A DNA stretch of 43,124 bases, taken from contig JAEWME010000188.1 of the NCBI GenBank assembly GCA_023393265.1, positions 1 to 43,124 on the forward strand, written 5' to 3'. Both the position numbers and the translations under genes were made by a program. The DNA comes from Bacteroidota bacterium (GTDB lineage: Bacteria > Bacteroidota > Bacteroidia > Bacteroidales > Prolixibacteraceae). Each line of letters opens with the position of its first letter. The stretch's first letter is position 1. This document shows, piece by piece, positions 37,381 to 43,124 of the stretch. The notes beneath the pieces were generated by a model. It did not search any database and was not told the origin of the DNA. It saw only the letters and a program-made list of their open reading frames with translations.

Positions 37381-39018
37381 TCAGTACAAAAATCTTTTGA
37401 TTTTGTGTGTTGGCGTCTTTTCGAAAGGAACAGGCTGTAAAACAACTCGTTGTATCTGTGAAAATTTATTGAGTTCGGTATTTACTTTATGCTGTATCTC
37501 GGCCAGGATTTCGTCAACTTTCTCATTGACAAAAGAAACGGCTTCCGATTTCATGTCCTTGTATTTGCGATCCAGTTCTTCCATATTGAGGTGAACGAGG
37601 GCCACAAGGCGACCCTTTTGCTGAATCACCAACGATTCGAGCACATATTCCATTCGGTTGATAACCGATTCAATTTCTTCCGGATAGATATTCTCGCCAC
37701 TCGACCCGACAATCATATTTTTCATTCGGCCTTTGATATAGAGCTTGCCGTCTTTGTCGAAACAGCCGAGGTCGCCGGTTTTTAACCAGCCGTCTGCCGT
37801 AAAAGCATCTTTCGTGATTTCGGGTTCTTTGTAATAGCCAAGCATCACATTGTCGCCTTTTGCCTGAATTTCGCCGAGGCCGGTTTGCGGATCTGCATTT
37901 GAAATACGCAGCTTAACGCCTTCCATGGCCGTGCCGGTCGACAAATAGCGGGTTTTGCCTACTCCCGCCCCTGCCAGCAATGGCGACGATTCAGTCATCC
38001 CGTAGCCAATGGCGAGTGGAAATCCGGCTTCCATCAGGAAACGTTCAACTTTGTTGTCGAGCTTTGCCCCGCCAACGCCGAAGAATTTTAGTTCTCCGCC
38101 AAAAGTTTTATATAGTTTTTTCCCGGCAACTTTGTGAAGTATTTTTCTGAAAGGAGCTGTCTTGTATAGGTTCCTCGTGATAAACCTTCCGTTTATCTCG
38201 GGAAGAATCTTTGATTTGTATATTTTTTCGATAATGAGTGGAACGACCAGCATGATTGTTGGTTTCACTTCCTGAAGTGCTGCCAGCAGAACCGAAGCAA
38301 CCGGCGGTTTCCGGAGATAATAAACGGCTGCACCATATTTTACCGGAAGAATAAGTCCGAGTGTATTTTCGAATGTGTGCGACAATGGTAAAACCGACAA
38401 AAAACGATCGTCGGGCGAAATATTCTGAATCTGAAAACTTTGTTGGGCAGTCCAGACAATGTTTTTGTGCGAGAGCATCACGCCTTTCGATTTCCCGGTG
38501 GTTCCTGAAGTATAGATGATGGAAGCCACTTCATTCTCTTTTACATCGATGTACGAAAATTGGTTTTCATCCATAGTCTCTGCCAATGGAATTTCCGGAT
38601 GATCAATTACGCTGAAGTTGTCAATCAGAATGGCTGTCAGTTCGTCCATTTCGCTGATTTTTGAATACAGCGATTCCGAAACATATGCAACCGAGCAATC
38701 GGAATGTGTGATGATGTTTTTTACCTCATTTGCATGAAAATCAGGAAGAATAGGGATAGCAACGGCGCCAATTATGCTAATTGCAAAAAAAGCTGTTCCC
38801 CATTGCGGCATGTTTTGGCTTAAAATGGCAACATTGTCACCTTTTTTTACACCCAAAGCCTGAAGCTGAAGCGCTGCCTGCTTCACTTTTATTTCAAGTT
38901 GCTGATAAGTGAGGGTGTCTTCTCCTACAAAAATCAATGACTGCTGATTGGCAAAATCTCTGAAAGTGGCCTGCAACATAGCAGGGATAGTTAACGTTTC
39001 CAAAGTCCTCATATCCAT
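37381..39018 (-). CDS. Long-chain fatty acid-CoA ligase (AMP-binding)
   Basis: IIYTSGTTGKSKGV, GYGMTE, LKTGDLG, GENIYPEEIE, TPTHKIKR. Confidence 0.93.
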   Translation of the reverse strand: MDMRTLETLTIPAMLQATFRDFANQQSLIFVGEDTLTYQQLEIKVKQAALQLQALGVKKGDNVAILSQNMPQWGTAFFAISIIGAVAIPILPDFHANEVKNIITHSDCSVAYVSESLYSKISEMDELTAILIDNFSVIDHPEIPLAETMDENQFSYIDVKENEVASIIYTSGTTGKSKGVMLSHKNIVWTAQQSFQIQNISPDDRFLSVLPLSHTFENTLGLILPVKYGAAVYYLRKPPVASVLLAALQEVKPTIMLVVPLIIEKIYKSKILPEINGRFITRNLYKTAPFRKILHKVAGKKLYKTFGGELKFFGVGGAKLDNKVERFLMEAGFPLAIGYGMTESSPLLAGAGVGKTRYLSTGTAMEGVKLRISNADPQTGLGEIQAKGDNVMLGYYKEPEITKDAFTADGWLKTGDLGCFDKDGKLYIKGRMKNMIVGSSGENIYPEEIESVINRMEYVLESLVIQQKGRLVALVHLNMEELDRKYKDMKSEAVSFVNEKVDEILAEIQHKVNTELNKFSQIQRVVLQPVPFEKTPTHKIKRFLY

Positions 39019-39308
39019 CCTAAAAAAATCCGAAATATTTGATTTGAGTTAAACGCCTCAAAATTACGGAAATGTTCCTTTTTTTTGTTCTTTATAATCA
39101 ACTATCGTGCAATAATAGAGAATAATCAGCATTTTTCGAAGGTTTTTTCGAATTCTGGAATTGGTGCGTCGGAGATTTCTTTAAATGGTTGATTCATAAT
39201 TTGTTTTTGTGTTTTTTATTCAATCGGCTTTTACCAAATGAAGGGTTATTTTTTTGTAAATTAATCTGGCAGAATGTCTGAAAGGGCTCTTAAATAATGT
39301 AAATTTGA

Positions 39309-39965
39309 ATGGAAATGGATCATTTGGTTACTGTACAAAAAACAGCAGTTTTTATTGAATCAGCGTTTCGGACCGAAGGTAGTGGACACGACTGGTTTCA
39401 TATCGACCGGGTGAGAAAAATGGCGCTTCGCCTCGGTGCTTTGGAGGGGTGCGATCTTTTTATTACCGAGATGGCAGCGTTGCTTCATGATCTCGATGAT
39501 TGGAAGTTGGCCGGGGAAAGTAAGGCCCGGTTGCCAAAAGCGACGAAATGGCTTGCAGGAATAGGGCTTGATGAAAATGTTGCTGCGAAAATTCTGGAGG
39601 TAATTGAAGAGGTATCGTTTAAAGGTGCCGGAATTGAAACGCCGGTGAGGACACCAGAAGCTGCTGTTTTGCAGGATGCTGACCGGCTGGATGCCATTGG
39701 TGCCATCGGAATTGCGCGCACCTTTGCTTATGGCGGGCACAAGAGCAGGCTGATTTACGACCCGAATATTGCGCCCGTGTTACATGGCAATTATCACGAG
39801 TATAAAAGCAGTACGGCGCCTACGATTAACCATTTCTACGAGAAATTATTGTTGCTCAAAAACCGAATGAATACCAAGTCTGCCCAACTTATTGCTGAAG
39901 AAAGACATCGTTTTATGGAAATTTTCCTGGAACAGTTTTTTGAAGAATGGTCGGCCGCACAATAG
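39309..39965 (+). CDS. HD-domain phosphohydrolase
   Basis: GHDWFHIDRV, ALLHDLDD, QDADRLDAIGAIGIARTFAYGG, HFYEKLL. The true start may be ATG 39315. Confidence 0.92.
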   Translation: MEMDHLVTVQKTAVFIESAFRTEGSGHDWFHIDRVRKMALRLGALEGCDLFITEMAALLHDLDDWKLAGESKARLPKATKWLAGIGLDENVAAKILEVIEEVSFKGAGIETPVRTPEAAVLQDADRLDAIGAIGIARTFAYGGHKSRLIYDPNIAPVLHGNYHEYKSSTAPTINHFYEKLLLLKNRMNTKSAQLIAEERHRFMEIFLEQFFEEWSAAQ

Positions 39966-39992
39966 AAACCAACGAACAAAAACATTTTGACT

Positions 39993-40382
39993 ATGAAAAT
40001 TGAACATTTGGCAATTTGGACACGAGACCTGGAAGGAATGCGTAACTTTTATATGCATTATTTCGATGCCATGTCGGGACCCGATTACTTTAATCATTCC
40101 AAAGAATTCAGGTCTTATTTCTTGTCATTCGAAGGCGATTGCCGCCTTGAACTCATGGAAATGCCCACTGTTTCGGCCAACCGAAACGACTATCACAAAC
40201 ATGTAACCGGAATCGCGCATCTGGCCTTTAAAGTTGGCTCCCGCGAAAAGGTGGACCAGATCACTGAAAAATTGAGACTGGACGGATTTGAAGTCATCAG
40301 TCACGGTCGCACAACCGGCGATGGTTATTATGAAAGTTCTGTGTTCGATCCGGAGAAAAACCGGATTGAGATTGTTGCCTGA
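39993..40382 (+). CDS. VOC/glyoxalase-family protein
   Basis: MKIEHLAIWTRDLE, LELM, HLAFKVGS, TGDGYYES, DPEKNRIEI. Confidence 0.92.
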   Translation: MKIEHLAIWTRDLEGMRNFYMHYFDAMSGPDYFNHSKEFRSYFLSFEGDCRLELMEMPTVSANRNDYHKHVTGIAHLAFKVGSREKVDQITEKLRLDGFEVISHGRTTGDGYYESSVFDPEKNRIEIVA

Positions 40383-40394
40383 AAGGGCTAAGAT

Positions 40395-40967
40395 TTACTT
40401 TCGCCGCGGAAGGTTTTCGGCGGCATACTGCAACTGACTGTACCACTCTTCGCCATATTTGCGAACGAGTGGTTCTTTCAGAAATACCCACAGCGGCAGT
40501 TTTTGTGCTTTTCCGCAATCGCGGCCAGGCTTGCAAATATCGATCTCCTGATAATTCACCGCATCAAACCTTTTATATTCGGTAATCCTGATAGGAAAAA
40601 GATGACACGAAACCGGTTTCCTGAAACTGATTTTGCCTTCGATAAATGCTTTTTCGATGCCGCATTTGATGATGCCGTTTTCTTCGAACGTATAGACACA
40701 CTGGCGGTTGTTAAACAGCGGAGTAACCAGGTCGCCGTCGAGATCGACCACGGCAAATCCTTGCTTGCGCACTTCCTCACGATGTGATTCGGAAAGGTTT
40801 TCTTCGAATATCGGATAGGCTTCTTTAATAGCTTCAACTTCCTCGGCGGTCACTGGTGCGCCAGAGTCACCCTCCACACAGCAGGCGCCTTTGCACTTCA
40901 GTAAATCGCAAAGAAATTTTTCTTCCAGAATATCTAAACTAACAATGGTGCGTCCGATTTCGAGCAT
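40395..40967 (-). CDS. DUF3109-family Cys-rich protein
   Basis: FLCDLLKCKGACCVEGDSGAP, KPVSCHLFPIR, FLKEPLVRKYGEEWY. Confidence 0.9.
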   Translation of the reverse strand: MLEIGRTIVSLDILEEKFLCDLLKCKGACCVEGDSGAPVTAEEVEAIKEAYPIFEENLSESHREEVRKQGFAVVDLDGDLVTPLFNNRQCVYTFEENGIIKCGIEKAFIEGKISFRKPVSCHLFPIRITEYKRFDAVNYQEIDICKPGRDCGKAQKLPLWVFLKEPLVRKYGEEWYSQLQYAAENLPRRK

Positions 40968-40981
40968 GGTCGGTCAAATGA

Positions 40982-41114
40982 AGAGGCAGTCCGAAAAGTC
41001 ATGAATTTTGTCATCCTGAACTTGTTTCAGGATCACAATACATTGCGCATCAGATCCCGAAATAAATTCTGGATGACCCTGTTCTTATGCAAGTTGACTT
41101 TTCGGACTGCCTCT
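40982..41114. mobile_element. 133-bp MITE-like element with 20-bp perfect terminal inverted repeats
   Basis: AGAGGCAGTCCGAAAAGTCA (40982-41001) and TGACTTTTCGGACTGCCTCT (41095-41114); no coding capacity; no clear target-site duplication. Confidence 0.7.
41010..41077. repeat. REP-like inverted pair of hairpins nested in the MITE-like element
   Basis: GTCATCCTGAACTTGTTTCAGGATC (41010-41034) and GATCCCGAAATAAATTCTGGATGAC (41053-41077) are 21/25 reverse-complementary, and each is itself palindromic. Confidence 0.8.
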
Positions 41115-41131
41115 AATTAGTGTATAGCGAA

Positions 41132-42664
41132 TTATTTTTCAATCAAAACTTTGCCTGTCATTTCAGCAGGGATTTCGAGGCCCATGATTGAAAGCAGGGT
41201 AGGAGCCACATCGGCCAGGATACCGTTTTTCAGCTTTACGTTTTTATTTTCAGAAACATAAATGCACGGAACCGGATTCAACGAGTGGGCGGTGTTGGCC
41301 GATCCGTCAGGATTTACTGCATTGTCAGCGTTTCCGTGGTCGGCAATAATAATCACATCGTACCCGCCTTTTTGAGCAGCTTCAACCACATCTTTGGCGC
41401 ATGAGTCAACCGCCGTCACCGCTTTGTAAATGGCATCGTAAACACCGGTGTGTCCAACCATGTCGCCGTTTGCAAAGTTGAGGCAAACAAAATCGGCTGT
41501 CTGGTTCAGTAATTCAGGAACGATCAAATCGCGGATTACCGGAGCCGACATTTCAGGCTGAAAATCGTAAGTCGGAACTTTAGGCGATGGAGCCAGCAAT
41601 CTTTTTTCTCCGGGGAATTCTTCTTCGCGGCCACCGCTAAAGAAGAAAGTTACGTGGGCATATTTCTCTGTTTCTGCAATGCGGATTTGTTTCAGTCCGG
41701 CTTTCGAAACAATTTCGCCCATGGTATTGGTCAGGTTTTCCTTGTCGAAAATAACGTGGACACCTTTGAAATCGGCTTTGTAGTTGGTCATGGTGTACCA
41801 CTGCAATGGCATGGTCTTCATTCCGAAGTCGGGAAGATCCTGCTGTGTGAAAGCAATGGTTGTCTGACGTAAACGGTCGGTACGGAAATTGAAACAGATT
41901 ACCACATCGTTTTCCTGAATGGTTGCCAGTGGTTTACCATCCGCATCAACCATCACGATCGGTTTCAGGAATTCGTCGGTAACGCCTGCATCATACGATT
42001 CCTGGATTGATTTCAGGATGTCGGTTGATGGGGTTCCTTTTCCTTCGGTGTAAAGGTCATAAGCCAGTTTCAGACGATCCCAGTTTTTGTCGCGGTCCAT
42101 ACCGAAGTAACGACCAATAAGTGAAGCAAATTTACCATTGGTGCCTTTCAATCCTTTCAAATCTTCTTCAATAAAACCGTATCCCGAGCGCGGGTCGGTG
42201 TCGCGGCCGTCTGTTAATCCATGAATGAAAATATTGTCGAGTCCGAATTCGGTTCCGATCTGGCAAAGGGCAATCATGTGCGAACTGAGCGCGTGCACAC
42301 CGCCGGGTCCAATCAAACCAATCAGGTGGACATTCTTCTTGTTTTCTTTGGCGTAGGTGAATGCCTTCACGATTTGCGGCTCTTTGGCCAATGTATTTTC
42401 GCGAATTGCTTTGGTAATTTTTACCATATCCTGGTACATCACGCGGCCGGCGCCGATGTTGAGGTGACCCACTTCCGAGTTACCCATTTGTCCGTCGGGC
42501 AACCCGACATTTTCGCCACAGGCCATCAACTGAGAATGCGGATAATTGGCATTCAGGTAGTCCATGAAAGGAGTTGGGGCGGTTGCCACAATGTCTCTTT
42601 CCGAACCGTCGCCAAGACCCCATCCGTCGAGGATCATTAAAAGTGTTTTCTTATGTGTTGCCAT
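41132..42664 (-). CDS. gpmI: 2,3-bisphosphoglycerate-independent phosphoglycerate mutase
   Basis: [47 protein letters not shown]. Confidence 0.98.
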   Translation of the reverse strand: MATHKKTLLMILDGWGLGDGSERDIVATAPTPFMDYLNANYPHSQLMACGENVGLPDGQMGNSEVGHLNIGAGRVMYQDMVKITKAIRENTLAKEPQIVKAFTYAKENKKNVHLIGLIGPGGVHALSSHMIALCQIGTEFGLDNIFIHGLTDGRDTDPRSGYGFIEEDLKGLKGTNGKFASLIGRYFGMDRDKNWDRLKLAYDLYTEGKGTPSTDILKSIQESYDAGVTDEFLKPIVMVDADGKPLATIQENDVVICFNFRTDRLRQTTIAFTQQDLPDFGMKTMPLQWYTMTNYKADFKGVHVIFDKENLTNTMGEIVSKAGLKQIRIAETEKYAHVTFFFSGGREEEFPGEKRLLAPSPKVPTYDFQPEMSAPVIRDLIVPELLNQTADFVCLNFANGDMVGHTGVYDAIYKAVTAVDSCAKDVVEAAQKGGYDVIIIADHGNADNAVNPDGSANTAHSLNPVPCIYVSENKNVKLKNGILADVAPTLLSIMGLEIPAEMTGKVLIEK

Positions 42665-42838
42665 AATTTATACTCGTTTTAAATAGTGAACAAATTTGCG
42701 GTACAAAAATATCTTTTTTTCTCCTGATTTTACGGCTCAGGAAACGATGCACCATCGGAATTAACAATTTACTTTTATTGTGGTTTTGAGAAATTTCTAC
42801 TCCTGTTAGTTTTGGTTTTATTCTATTTTCCGAAAAGC

Positions 42839-42875
42839 AAAAAATCCGGTAACGCACAGTGGCCTACCGGATTTT
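42839..42875 (-). terminator. Terminator after the TonB-dependent receptor gene
   Basis: AAAATCCGGTA-N13-TACCGGATTTT, with an A-run on the left that gives a U-tract on the minus strand. Confidence 0.7.
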
Positions 42876-42899
42876 GGTTATTGGATTATCTCCAATGCT

Positions 42900-43124
42900 T
42901 TATTTTGCTTCGCTGAAGTTGATTGGGATGAGCAATTTGATGCTGAAATTTCTACCCATGTTGTAAACGCCTGATCGTCCGGTTGCGTAATTCGGCTCGG
43001 CGTATTTCAATCGGCTCAGGTGACTTTGATATGCCGTGTCGGCCAGGTTTTGCCCAACAACAACAAGCGAAAACCTTTTTTTACCACCGGCAAAAAAGTC
43101 GGTTCCGGCACCCATATTTAGCAA
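42900..43124 (-). CDS. C-terminal fragment of a TonB-dependent outer-membrane receptor (5' part outside the window)
   Basis: QNLADTAYQSHLSRLKY...GVYNMGRNFSIKLLIP, a typical last-strand region of a TonB barrel. Confidence 0.82.
   Translation of the reverse strand: MLNMGAGTDFFAGGKKRFSLVVVGQNLADTAYQSHLSRLKYAEPNYATGRSGVYNMGRNFSIKLLIPINFSEAK

Overview
Gene-dense chromosomal housekeeping region from a Bacteroidota genome, probably Marinilabiliales/Prolixibacteraceae-like. This is inferred from TAnnTTTG-type -7 promoter elements, a T9SS plug-like gene, a TonB receptor tail and gene content. It holds about 39 CDS: an OmpR-family two-component pair next to a secreted lipoprotein (truncated at the left edge and absent from the ORF track), separate proline dehydrogenase and P5C dehydrogenase genes, ompH, araA, a DOPA-decarboxylase-like enzyme, a complete nqrABCDEF operon, three orphan histidine kinases, an amn-holA-rhomboid-gmhB-like-pabC-like operon, SulP, recR, an acyl-CoA ligase and gpmI. 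I saw no CRISPR array, rRNA/tRNA, integrase or transposase. The most notable signals are non-coding: (1) the same TCACA-N6-TCACA tandem box, at the same distance from the -7 element, upstream of both the response regulator and the lipoprotein, defining a candidate regulon; (2) a 133-bp MITE-like element with perfect 20-bp terminal inverted repeats enclosing a REP-like double hairpin; (3) a repeat-built hairpin in the amn 5' leader; (4) a perfect FNR-type box between nqrA and the plug gene. There is also a class IV aminotransferase homolog that seems to lack its PLP lysine. None of these is proven novel from sequence alone.
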